Origin: Phoronis australis
Taxonomy: Eukaryota > Animalia > Phoronida
Reading direction: 5' to 3'
DNA: 64,000 nucleotides
NCBI GenBank assembly: GCA_002633005.1
Contig: NMRA01000028.1
Coordinates: 1,139,556-1,203,555 of the forward strand
In this document: positions 41,150 through 52,981 of the stretch, piece by piece
Layout of the letters: every line of letters begins with the position of its first letter
How positions within the stretch are numbered: position 1 is the first letter of the stretch
Translations under genes and position numbers: made by a program
Notes under the pieces: generated by a model
Seen by the model: only the letters and a program-made list of their open reading frames with translations
The model's database searches: none
Told to the model about the DNA's origin: nothing

Positions 41150-41490
41150 CTTATCAAACTTTTCCTTCGAGAAGTCCTTCGCTGAGTTCCCAAAATCGAT
41201 AACTGTTCATTTTTAACACTGCGCGCTGCAGGTTGTATGACGTCATGTCCCCTGGCGTGCGCCGTTGAGGGGAACTGAACGACGGTATGCTTTTGATAAG
41301 AGGAGCTCGAGTTGGATAGAATAAAAACATCGGAGGCCTCCTAAGGTGACCCTCTATGCGCAAAAAGTATTTATAACAACTTGACTTTGATGTTTTAATC
41401 AGTGTGAGGCATAATTCACTTAAAAGCTTGCGGCGTATATTGGAGCTTCACCGTCTCTACCGGCCAGCTAGAGATGGTGGTCTAGCCGAC
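41150..41490 (+). mobile_element. Hairpin-terminated interspersed repeat, copy A (homolog 51944-52245)
   Basis: Shares blocks with copy B. Terminal stem caccgtctcta/tagagatggtg (41449-41479) is followed by CTAG (41482-41485), which is Helitron-like. Confidence 0.6.
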
Positions 41491-41913
41491 TCCAGGTTCA
41501 GCCTACCTACAAGAACATATCGAACATGGTTTGCTTTTTATTGTTCTTGAATCGCTACTTTCCCCACAATTAAACAAACAGGATACATGTTTTTGTCTTC
41601 ACGACGAATTTCGCTGGGTACAACCACCCTACTGACTACTGACGTACTGTCGAGCCTTGGAGGGTAGCCTACGACCACTTTGATTGCTACTTGACTTGAA
41701 TATGAGCTCACTTGCCATTACACCAGTCACGCTACTAAGTCTGCAAGTCTTATCCAAAAGTTACAACCGGATTTGGACATACATGTCCTTTTTATCTCTC
41801 TGGTTGTGACATCCAAACAGAGCTCAACTGACAGGCGTGTTACTGGGCAGTGTACACTTCTGACTCCACAAAAAGTCCCGCATTTCAAAATGGCGGCAAT
41901 CAACAATAAGGTG

Positions 41914-42292
41914 TACGGACGTGTGTTCGGGAAATAAGAATTTCCGGGCGTTTTATTAATACCAAATAAACGTCCAGACGTTTAATCGGAAGAGTGGGGC
42001 CTGTAAACAGAAAGTCATAGTTTTTGCTGACTTTGACGTTTTTACTTAAAAACGTTTTCAAATTTTATGTTAATAAATGCATAGTTCGTCAACACTTTGT
42101 TCGTTTTTATCAACGAAAAATGCTCCACAAAACTGAATTTATGACAAAAACTTAACTGGTATTTTCCGCATAAATGCCCCACTATCTGAACACTTCACAG
42201 CAGAAGTTGTTGGGCGTTTATTCGGCATAATTTCTCTAATAAACGCCCATGAGAGTTTCATCAAGTGGGCTTATTTACGGAAAATCTCGGTA
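41914..42292. mobile_element. Probable Tc1/mariner/pogo-type MITE
   Basis: Right end gggcttatttacggaaaatctcgg|ta; degenerate left end ta|cggacgtgtgttcgggaaataag; internal gggcgttta/taaacgccc subrepeats. Confidence 0.4.
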
Positions 42293-42339
42293 GTAGGTTA
42301 TTATGCGGTCATTGCACGGGAATTGGCGAAAAATGTGGA

Positions 42340-42530
42340 TTATAACTTCACTGTGTGCTATTCACTACTTGCACGAATTCGCCGTTACGCTTGAGAACGA
42401 AGTGTTGTGTCCAAACTACAGTGGAACACGGGCGCTTTAACGTTTGCATTGTTAAAAGTGATGCTAAAACGAGTCTTAGAAACCACACTGGACAGCAGAA
42501 ATTTTTGTAGCGCCAACAAAAGGCGCAGGT
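42340..42530 (-). repeat. Interspersed repeat, copy B (homolog of 845-1080)
   Basis: Its reverse complement matches 845-1080 in several blocks. Confidence 0.7.
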
Positions 42531-43092
42531 TTTTAGTTGGTGAATGTTATTAGCCTGGATTGCTGTGTCTCGTGAAGATACACGTATTTACTCGTCACAG
42601 CTACCTCGGCTGATATCTTGCACCCATGATATAAAATCGCGTGGTTTAACACATCTGTCACTGGCGCTCCTCTGTGCGCAGTTTGTCGTGTTCCTTACAA
42701 ATAAGCAAGTTTTGGAGAACTAAGCCATTTGAATTTTCCTGGCAAGTCGTTCTCTTTTGTAATCGTTCACGCCAAATTCCGCCTGCGAACATTTTCCGGC
42801 TGTGTTTTAAGTTGCAGGTTGGCAAGGTCTGGTTTAGTATAGCTGTCTGATTTAAAGTTACGGCCCCTTTTTCCTCAGAGAGCAAGTTACGGCGGATATC
42901 ACAGGTGTGGCAAGTTCTGTGGACTCTACGTTAGAGTAGCGCTCTGATTAATCAATTACGTTGAAGTAAGCCTGTTTCACTGCCAGATATATTTGGACCA
43001 CCAATCAATTAAGGCCGATAGACTCGCGTTTGTACACAAATGCTAGGACAACTAAAACAAGTTGATCTCATTTCAGGTAAGCCACCTTCGCC

Positions 43093-44609
43093 ATGGATAC
43101 GGTGTTGGGCTGCATGAAATTCGTCGTTGTTTTCGCGTCAGTAGTTGCCAACGGTTCTTCGTCCTGGCCAGATCCTGTGAGAGATACACAGAAGGGGCCC
43201 GTACGGGGCAAAAGTCAAAAAGTTCTGGATAAAGTTGTAGAGACGTATTATGGTATACCGTTCGCTAAACCCCCGACTGGAGAACTGCGCTTCAGACCCC
43301 CTGTGCCGAACGATCCGTGGGCTCATCCAATCAATGCAACTCAGTTACCAAATTCGTGTATGCAAGTGGAAGACACGTTTTTTGGTAATTTTTCTGGTTC
43401 CACCATGTGGAATGCTAACACAAACGTTTCGGAGGACTGTTTGTATTTAAACGTGGTCGTGCCTAAAACACCCGTAAAACCCAAAGCTGTTATTGTTTGG
43501 ATATTTGGTGGCGGGTTTTATAGTGGATCCGCAACATTAGATATCTATGATTTGAAAATATTGGCGGCTGCAAACAACATTATTGCAGTGTCCATGCAAT
43601 ACCGTGTCGGTGCGTTGGGGTTTTTGTATTTGAGCCACCCAGAGGCACCGGGTAACGCTGGCATGCTTGACCAGCTCGCAGCCTTGGAGTGGGTGCAAAC
43701 CAATATCAAATACTTCGATGGAGATCCCGACAAAGTGACGTTGTTTGGAGAGAGCGCCGGGGCGGTCAGCGTCAGCCTCCATCTGCTGTCTCCCCTCAGT
43801 CGCAATACATTTAGAAGCGCAATCATGAATAGCGGCTCTGCGCTGGCCTCCTGGGGAACTGAAAAACACGAAGGAGCTATCTTAAGGGCAAACAAGGTAG
43901 CAAAAAATCTCGGGTGTCAGAAAACGGATGTGAGAGAAATGATACATTGCCTTCGACAAAAACCCGCCAAAGACATCGTTAAAGAGGAATGGATCTCCAG
44001 CGGGATTTGTCAATTTCCACACGTGCCCGTTGTCGACGGCCACTTCCTTGTCGAAACTCCTGAAATGTCACTAAAACGTGGAAACTTCAAGCGTTGCCCC
44101 ATAATTGTGGGTAATAACCTCAACGAAGCATCCTTCTTCATGGTTTACGAGTTAAAAGATTTTTTTAACCTCAAGACAGATAGCGCGATCACACGAAAAA
44201 ACTATACCCTAATCATGGACAAATTTTTTGACTTTTATCCTCAGTGGCCGCGTGAAAACAACCGGTTCGGGTTGGAGGCTATACAGTTTCAGTACATCGA
44301 CTGGAGGAACCCGCTAGACACTATCTCCCTGAGGAATTCTGTCGAAGCGGCGGTTGGCGATGCCTGCTTTGTGTGTAATGTAATGGAATTTTCAAAATAT
44401 TACGCAGACGCTGGTGTAGAAGTGTACTACTATTACTACACACACATGTACTCCCAGAATCCCTGGCCTAAGTGGATGGGTGTGATACACGGCTATGAAC
44501 TAGTTATGATGTTTGGGGAACCTTTAAGAAAACACTCGAAATACACCAGAGAGGAAAAGCAGTTTAGCAGGAGAATAATGAAGTATATCACAAACTTTGC
44601 CAAATCAGG
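43093..44609 (+). CDS. ACHE: Acetylcholinesterase, coding exon 1 (signal peptide and most of the catalytic domain)
   Basis: Kozak gccATGG with an in-frame TAA upstream (43078). Motifs: SEDCLYLN, WIFGGGFYSG oxyanion loop, FGESAG (S221), E345, WMGVIHGYE (H466), choline-site W106. Donor GG|GTAAGG, phase 2. Confidence 0.97.
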
Positions 44610-47600
44610 GTAAGGACTATGTTTCTTTTACGGCTTTCTAACCAATATTTGTGTACATGAAGGCATTTGAACCTTTCAGCACTTGAAGCCCTTTAACTCT
44701 GGAACTTGACTGTCAAAAACGACGACTTCACTATTCAGTGAAAAGTTATGAAATCTTCAGCATTCACAGCTACTGGAAGGCCACGATAGTACCGTAGTCA
44801 ATCCTCGCAGACATTTTCAGACAACAGAAAACAGAGACATATTTCCCACATTTCGTGTGAAAAAAATCACTTCATTGAAAAATTCAACAATCCCCGTGAA
44901 AATAGTTATTGTTAGCAATAAGAACTAGGTCACGTGACTACAGACAGTTGGCATGATTTGCCTTTTCATAATGCTCTTGGAGTCGGAAAAGATAAGGGCC
45001 CGGATGTATAAAAGTTAGGCCTATACACAGGAGACATGGTATCACCACGCATCACGTTTACTATTTTTTAACAATGTACTTCAGGTAATGCAACCATCAA
45101 AATTATCAAGCGGTTTTAAAGTTTTGTTCGACGCAGCCCTGATGATTTGATGACGTCACGGGTTAAGAAGCTATTTGAAGAACCGTAATTCTTGACGATG
45201 GCAGCCTCATTCAGTTACCTTAAAGGGATATTTAACCCTGTTTCAACTACGAAAAGTGACCGAGTGCATGACACAGTCTCAATAGTGACTCGACTATGTC
45301 ACCTAAATTTTCAGTGCATTTATGGAATTTGTGCAAACATTGATTGCCAGGTCAAGTTTTACCTTCGATACACAGGGACACTAAGCTATTATTTCGAATT
45401 CTTAAAATTGCTTAAATATATATAGGAACTTTTTCATGCAACATTCCAATTTTAGTACTAATCCCTATTTATTTTCACTGAAATAAGAGCTAAATTTTTG
45501 GACATAAATTGTTAAAAATGTCAGTAAAAGAAGAAATAGCAATCAAAATAAAATTATACAAAAATACCACATTGGTAAGTGCACAAGGTCCACAAACGCG
45601 CTGAAAATTTAGTAAACATAGTTGAGCCCCTATTAGGACTCTTTCATGCAACCGGCCTATCTCTTCAATATCTGAGACAAATATAGTGTTCTGTAACAAT
45701 CCTGAATGTTCACAAATCTGGAGGATGTCTGAAGTATCAACTACATGACTTGCCAAGAGGTTAAATAGTAAAAACACCTGCTGGACCAAATTAAAGAAAT
45801 TTTCTGTGTATTTGATTTTTCCGACATACAGTAACGTATTACGCGTCAGTTTAGCGTAGTATGCATCTTAAATCCTGATTTACCATCTAGATAACGTTCG
45901 TTATGCCCAGCGTGTATTTACAAACCAACAAACATGCAGAATTTCAATTTTAGAAAATTCTCACGTTCTTTATATATTACCCAACGAAAATGGTGGGCCT
46001 ACTGCAAGTATAACCAGTTAGAAATTTAGTCTTACGCTCCACATAACTATTTGAGTAAATTTTCTGAAAATATACAGATAACTGCTAGTTACTAAGACAA
46101 TTTCTAAAAATTATGTCTGGACTGATGGGCTCATAATTACTTAGCTAAACGTCTGTAAGTAATTGTAAAGTGGAAGCGTTACACCAAATTACTGTTTTAA
46201 TTCTTAAGTCACTTTCATGAAACAACCCACTGCCATTGATATCTGCTCATTCCAATGCTAAGAAACTTTAGGGAGCTAGTTTTTTTGTCACTGCCAAGTT
46301 ATGATCTGTAGAGAAGCAACACGAGAAGTTACACTCTGCAACTGCTGGTTCTGAGTTGTATTTGAAAGCGAACATTTGGCTCGATTTCCTCGTGTGATCG
46401 TCCATCTGTAGTCTGATGGGTGTTGCCATTCTTTGACGTCACAATTTAAAAATATATCGCAAATTAGTGAGAGTTTGTACTTCTGCGAACAGCCGTCGGC
46501 ATCGAGCCAAAGATACAAATTGTATGCCAGTTTATATCAGTCTTCATTTTGTTGCGGGCGTGATATTTTGACGTTATAGAACCACGTAAATCTGATGAAA
46601 ATAATCCGACATTTGAACAGGCTGTTACTCGGAACAGGCGAGTTAACAATTGACAACGTACACATAGTATTATAATTTTGAGCAGATTAACTTATCTCTT
46701 AAAATGTTGTTTTGCAAAATTTATTCATTATTTGTCTGCGATAAAACAAAAGCTTTGTTAAAATGTCCGTTGCAGACGTGTTCACTTGCCACCGTATGCA
46801 AATTTTAGTCCAAAGAGTCAAACTACAGTAGAAATGCACAAAACGGCTTTTAAAAAGATACCAGTTCTTGGTTTTGTTGGTAAAGAGACTATAAACCTGC
46901 TTTCTCTCACAAAAACTAACTTTTGATTTAGACACTTACCGTGATGAAATTGGTTTTAAAATTTCTTTAATTAAATAAAGGTGATTTTTTACCTTAAGAC
47001 TAGGCTTTATGAATTGACTTATCATGGCGGTTCATTGCATGCGGCAGCGACCAACATAGTCTCAACGAACTTTTCATTTTCTTCAGCCCAAAGAACACTT
47101 GGCATTTCAGCCAGGGGCAATGAAATCAATTTTAGAGGGGTAAGTGGTCCAAATCAAAAGTTTGCTTCTTGGATGGAAGTCGGGTCTATAGCCGCTACGT
47201 GACGTCAAACAGTAGCCAATTGTATCCGTCTCTGAGGCTTGTACTGGTCTAAATATCTAAATACTAGACTAGCGAAGATTTTTAATTGTTTCATTTCACC
47301 AATCATTAGCCATCTTAATGTTAAGAATGTAAAAATAAAACAATTAATAACAAGAAATCCATTATAAAATACGGCATTTCGCTTTGTTAGCTATGGCCCA
47401 TCTTTAGGTGGGTACAAGTAAATTATTAATGGTCAGATATGATGTCAACTGAACCACAATGCACGAAAGAAAACTAACAATAGCTTAGCGTAGTTACAGG
47501 CTGAAAGAGGTCTGGATTACAACGAAATCCTGGTAATTTAAGTTAGAGTATCAAGGTTCGCACGATTGCACCTTTCGAATGGACGTTAATGGTTGTATCT

Positions 47601-47697
47601 GATGATAGATAATATTTCTCCTGTTTGAGGATTATACGCAAACAAATACATGCTAAATGTTTCAATGTAATACAGAATTTTCCGTCCTCTTCTCCAG

Positions 47698-47891
47698 AGA
47701 TCCGAACGTTGAACCGGGAAAAAGGAGTCGGAACGAGTGGCCACTTTATACTACATTGCGAGGAGAATACTTAGAACTGAATCCTAAATATTTACACAAC
47801 AGAGACAAGTCAGCCGCAATAGGACGTCACTTGAAAGCAAGAGAGTGTGCATTTTGGAACAACTATCTGGAGCGTCTGGTAATCGGAACAG
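47698..47891 (+). CDS. ACHE: Acetylcholinesterase, coding exon 2
   Basis: Acceptor cctcttctccag. 194 nt, phase 2 to 1, encoding (G)DPN...WPLYT....YLEL...RECAFWNNYL. Donor G|GTAAAT. Confidence 0.96.
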
Positions 47892-50226
47892 GTAAATCTA
47901 TTGACTAATTTGCACCTCGTATGAGAACTCTTGGTGATAGTGCTGATGTTTTCTTGACTGCTTGCACTCTGTCCTCACTTAATACTCGGGTTATCACCAT
48001 TCCTGCATCTGTTTCCGGTAAAGAGTGGGTTGAAGAAAAAAGTAACATTCTCATCAATGAAAAACACGACTTAACTTTAATTGACCAAGAAATTAAGACG
48101 CCACGTAACAAACTATTTCTTCATTTTGGTTGCTAACATTAGTGATGATAATGAAATTGCAGGCGAGTTCCTTCACCTGATAGTTGCATAAGTTGACACA
48201 GTGCAGTCTGCCTGCGATACTAATTTAGAAAAGGCTCAAGAATAAGTGCCCAAGATATATGTGTGTAATGTCCATCGATTTTAAAGGAGAGTATGTAACG
48301 AGAGAGACAAGGGCATAAAATTGAAATTAAAGGGATATTGTCTACGTGAAATGTTATTTTCTGAGATGAGCCTTAGCGTAGATTCGGAGTCTGCACCACC
48401 AGCCATCGCAACTCAGTGATCAAATTTATTCCCAACTAAAGATGAGCTCAATATAGCCCGGGTTGCCATTCAGTTATGCCCTAGCATTCAGCTCAACAAT
48501 TGGAAGGCTGTCGTTAATGGCCAATGTAAACTAATTCTCATCACTATGAAGAATGGTAGGATATTATGTATTACATGCCTTGTTTTCATAGAGCGAATGC
48601 AGAGGTCACTGCTGTCATTTTTAGAAGGCTTCTTTGTTACTTGACAGACGTGCTATCCGTACTCACTCCATGGAAACATGACGTAATAATTTACACCAAT
48701 CCTTCCCTTTTTCACGATTATGTGAATTAGTACAGAGTGAAAATCAAAGAGAGTCTTGCCATTGCTAAGCTCAGTGCTAGGGTGTCACTGAATGGCATTC
48801 TGGGCTCCGTTGAGTTCACCCGTTGTGGATATTAAGTTTAATCATTTGTTTATTTATTGTTGCTACTATGTCACACGCTGTTTTCAGTTGATCTTGATTA
48901 GTATTGACTCTTTTGAGGGTTTTCTATTTCCTTGATGTTGGTGGACTGATTTACCATCGAAACGTTGGACAGCGTATGCATGTAAAACAATATGTTATCA
49001 GCAATCATCCTCATTTTGATTCCGCTAACTTGCACAAAAAGAAACACCGTGAACCGGAAAAGCATTTTAGGTGCATTGGGCTGGTGAAGTCATCGACCTT
49101 CATTTTAACGAATGTCAGGCAGACTGCGACGAGAATTGGCGATTTGTAATGAAATCACCACAACACAACGGATTTTGTTGTTTTAATGCGTTGGTCAAAG
49201 TTAAAAGCTTAAGAAGCCAGTCCTACCCAGCAGCGAACACAAAAATGCATTTTTCTGCCGTAAATCCGATAATGTCCCTTTAACAGTATTTCAATTTCGT
49301 ACAAGAGATGGCAGCACTTTAAAATGTAGACTCATATTCCCTCCCGAGTTTGTCATTTTCATTTTTACTGCGACTGCCTGTCACAAATCACGTCTGAACA
49401 TATTCTTGGTAACCCAACGCTAGATGTTTTATTTGAATTGCTGAAAATTTCATATTTTGCGAGATTTTCCATGTCCTCTCATACTTATCGTGTTTTTTCC
49501 AATATCTATGAAAACGACACCGTAACTAACTCATATCACTGAGGGCATGCTAAGCTTCGGACTGTGCTAGTGTTGTGTGAGTGTTATCCATATATCTTAC
49601 TTTAAAGCACCCTTCTACTGTCTAACATTATGATTCCACCGTTACCTTTCTTTGTCGGACCTTTTTCGCCAGTTATGAAATCTGCAAATCGGCTTCTCAC
49701 GCAATACTGTTTCTTGCAATTCTGGGTATGCTAATGCTGCTATCTAACATCGTCTGCATTTTTGATGACGTCATTGGTTTGGTGTCACGTGTGTTTTCCC
49801 GCATGCACAGTATAACCAGCTTTTACCAGGTAATTCTAACTTTATTACTGTGTGTTATGAACAAATGGTGTTTTTCTCGACAATACAACTATGTATTTGA
49901 TATTAGATCAAAGAGGACACACAAGCGCTTAATATTTTATCAAACAATTATAGACCTACCTGTAATAGCTGCAATGCAAATTGGCGCTAGAAATTCTAAG
50001 AAATACAATTACCTTTCCCATGCGTATCATTTAGTGCATATTTTCACAAAATCAATATTTTAAAGTCAAATTTATGGTTGAAGATGCTAACGTATTACGT
50101 AGTCTTTTTACTTTTTATCTGCTACATGTACATATGCAGCAACGTCTAAGAAATTCTTCACAGAAGTATCTTTCTCGTATTAGCTGATCTGACGTACCAT
50201 GCTGAAGGATTCTCTTTACGTTTTAG

Positions 50227-50357
50227 CCGACATAACAGAACAAGAGCGTCAGTGGAAAATTCAATTCAACGAATGGAGTACGAAGTACATGGTTGACTGG
50301 AAGAACCAGTACGCACAATACGTCAACAAGTACACGCCCAACTGTGACGGCGACTGA
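50227..50357 (+). CDS. ACHE: Acetylcholinesterase, coding exon 3 (T peptide / WAT tetramerization domain)
   Basis: Acceptor ctctttacgttttag, phase 1. Encodes ADITEQERQWKIQFNEWSTKYMVDWKNQYAQYVNKYTPNCDGD*, clearly homologous to the vertebrate AChE-T C-terminal peptide. Total CDS is 1842 nt (613 aa). Confidence 0.95.
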
Positions 50358-50891
50358 GTAGACAATCAAGTGGAAGATCAAATTAGCAGACGACTATATA
50401 CAAGAACGAAAAACGAACAGAGAAAGTAAAAACCCCGACCTATTTCTGTGCCGAGCTAGAATTGTTTACCGGGTGTGCCCATTTCACAAACGATGGACAG
50501 TTCAGCTTTATTTGGACTCTTGTGGTACAAAATTGACGATAATGATATCTGTGTCACAATGAAAAACTCACGCCAAGGGTTCTGACACCTTTTGACACTG
50601 CTTTTAAATATAGTTCAGGAAGGTTATCCACGATGCTACGGGTGTTTCACATATCTACCTGGTGACAGCACCTTATTATTGTTTATAATGTCTGAAACGT
50701 TCCTAGGGTGACGGGGATTGAAACAAAGATTTGAATATTCATTTGCTCATTACGTAATTATGCGACATTGAGTTGTTATCGTGGTGTATATGTATTTGAT
50801 TTTTTTCTCATAAACAGTCTTCTTGTCGGTATCAGTTAGGTGTGTTAAAACGCTAACTATATAAAGTCGACATCACATAATATGATGTAGT

Positions 50892-50897
50892 AATAAA
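50892..50897 (+). other. Candidate polyadenylation signal of AChE
   Basis: First AATAAA I noticed downstream of the stop codon, about 535 nt after it. Confidence 0.3.
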
Positions 50898-51943
50898 TCC
50901 CACCTGTTACGAGAATACTATACGCTATGAATTACAGTGGCTTATTAATAACGGGTTATGTATTCCTGTAGATCCGTATCCCAGAACTTCGAGTTTTGGA
51001 CATCACTGACAACACATACGAATGCAACGGTTCAAAACTTGACATTTCTTTCAAAATCTCTAAATTACACTTTTTAAAACCAAACATTTCCCTAGCAATA
51101 TTCTACACGGAAATGTGTCCTCTTTCTCTTACTCACTCTCTCAAACTTTCTTGATACTTTAGTATTACATTAAATTAGATCTGAAAACTAAAATCTTAAA
51201 ACTAAGTCTGCAAACATATAGTAATCAGCCAAGTGGCAAAAGTACATGCACACTCAGGATGCAGACATTGAGAATACTCACGCACACCTCTTCCTGCTTC
51301 CAAACATCCCACGAGAATATAGGACTCGGCATACCTAGGCCTATTACTGTTCAGTAGGCGGTAGCGAATTTCACACATAGGCGTCTTGCAACCGGAAGAG
51401 CTTCCGCCCGGAAAGCTATTCACCAATAAAAACGGACTCCGTTGAAACAAGGTCTCACGTGACTTTGGAACGCATGCAGATTGTTTCACGAGCTATACTT
51501 ACTGAATTTTGGGCTCTTCATTTCTAGACCCAACAATCTAGCCAAATAGCAATACCACGTAAGACCACGCAAAATCACTCGTGGGTTTCAGGACCTTCAG
51601 TAGCGTACTCTACCATATGGAAGGCGTCCACTGAAGAGACTGGTCGTTGAGGTTTGGATGCTTAATATGAGATAAACTTCTCTATTTCCGTTGCAGAAGT
51701 GAAGATTTATATACGTGTGTCATTTGCGAGTGTCTTGCGTCTACGGAACGCTTTCCAAGGGGTTGCCGAGCTTGTGTCCACCTTTCTTGGGAAAGAACGA
51801 GTAAACCTCCGCGAGCTTCTGTACTCAGTTCGCAATAGGTGGGAAAGGGGATATCCTTAAAGTTCAAACTGAAATAGGACGACTTTGCGATGGACTGTCC
51901 GTTCGCAAAATGACAGTGAAACCTGCTTGGCCCATTTGGTGTG

Positions 51944-52245
51944 GGGGCTATGACGTCATACCACCTGCCGCGCGCAGTGTTAATAATGGCGAGTTTTCGA
52001 TTTTGTGAACGAGGGACTGCTCGAAGAAAAAGTTTGATAACGGGTATTTCTTCGAGTTGAAAGGAATTAAATACATCGACGGCATCCTAATGTGTCCCTC
52101 GATGAGCAAAAGGTTTTTATAAAAACGTGATTTTGTTCTTTTGGTCAGTGTAAGGCTTAATTCGCCGAAAAGCTTCGGGCGTATGAAGCTCCTGTAGGAG
52201 TTACACCGTCTCTAGTCAGCTAGAGACGGTAGTCACTGTCTAAGA
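51944..52245 (+). mobile_element. Hairpin-terminated interspersed repeat, copy B
   Basis: Homologous to 41150-41490. Perfect 11-bp stem accgtctctag-tcag-ctagagacggt at 52205-52230. Confidence 0.6.
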
Positions 52246-52981
52246 CTCGTCTTCATTAGGTCATGTGATGTGGCTAACAGGTGGCGTACGGACCAGGCTT
52301 AAACATGTTTGCGAAATTGTTAATATGTAAAACACAAAATGGTGATAGGAACCGCCTGCTGAAAAACTTGCTCTGTGTAAATTGTACGCCACTGTATGTT
52401 ATAATAAACCTGTGCCCCATTTTTGTCAGATGTGTTGCTGATAAATTAGGATTGCCACCAGCTACGTCACAATTACAATGAACCCCTATTTGCCTTTTTC
52501 AGAGGATCGTTGCAGGATTTTATTCTGTTATAGGTACCCCTACAAACGGTTTATTTCAATATTGAATCTCTGATGTTCAATAAATATTCTTTATAATCCT
52601 TACGGTTGTATTTTTGATGCAACGAGTCTAAATAGTGTACGATACCTTTTTGTAGAGCTCTGTTGTAAAAGCGGACTTTTGGTGTGAAGCTCCTAAACCA
52701 TAGAGTGAACTTTTTCGCCGAAATTGTGTCGGAAAAAGCACACTTTCTTGGGGAAGCTGGCTGTGAAGAACTCGCGCTTCTTTGAGCCAGCACGAACACG
52801 TATCCTACTCGGACGCTAAATAAATGTGCGCTCATATACAGTTGGCAGTTATAATTATTCGGCCAATACCGAAGTCGCGAAGTCTCTCATGCAACTTTCA
52901 GAGTGTTCTGAAGTCCAGGTTTTCAAGTTTCCCGTCCCTCTCATGAGTTCTCATCCGACAAGCAATCCCAGGACAACTTAA

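Noticed and set aside
43138-43895. Alternative-frame and antisense ORFs inside AChE exon 1
   Set aside because: These are shadow ORFs of a GC-richer coding exon with no independent motifs.
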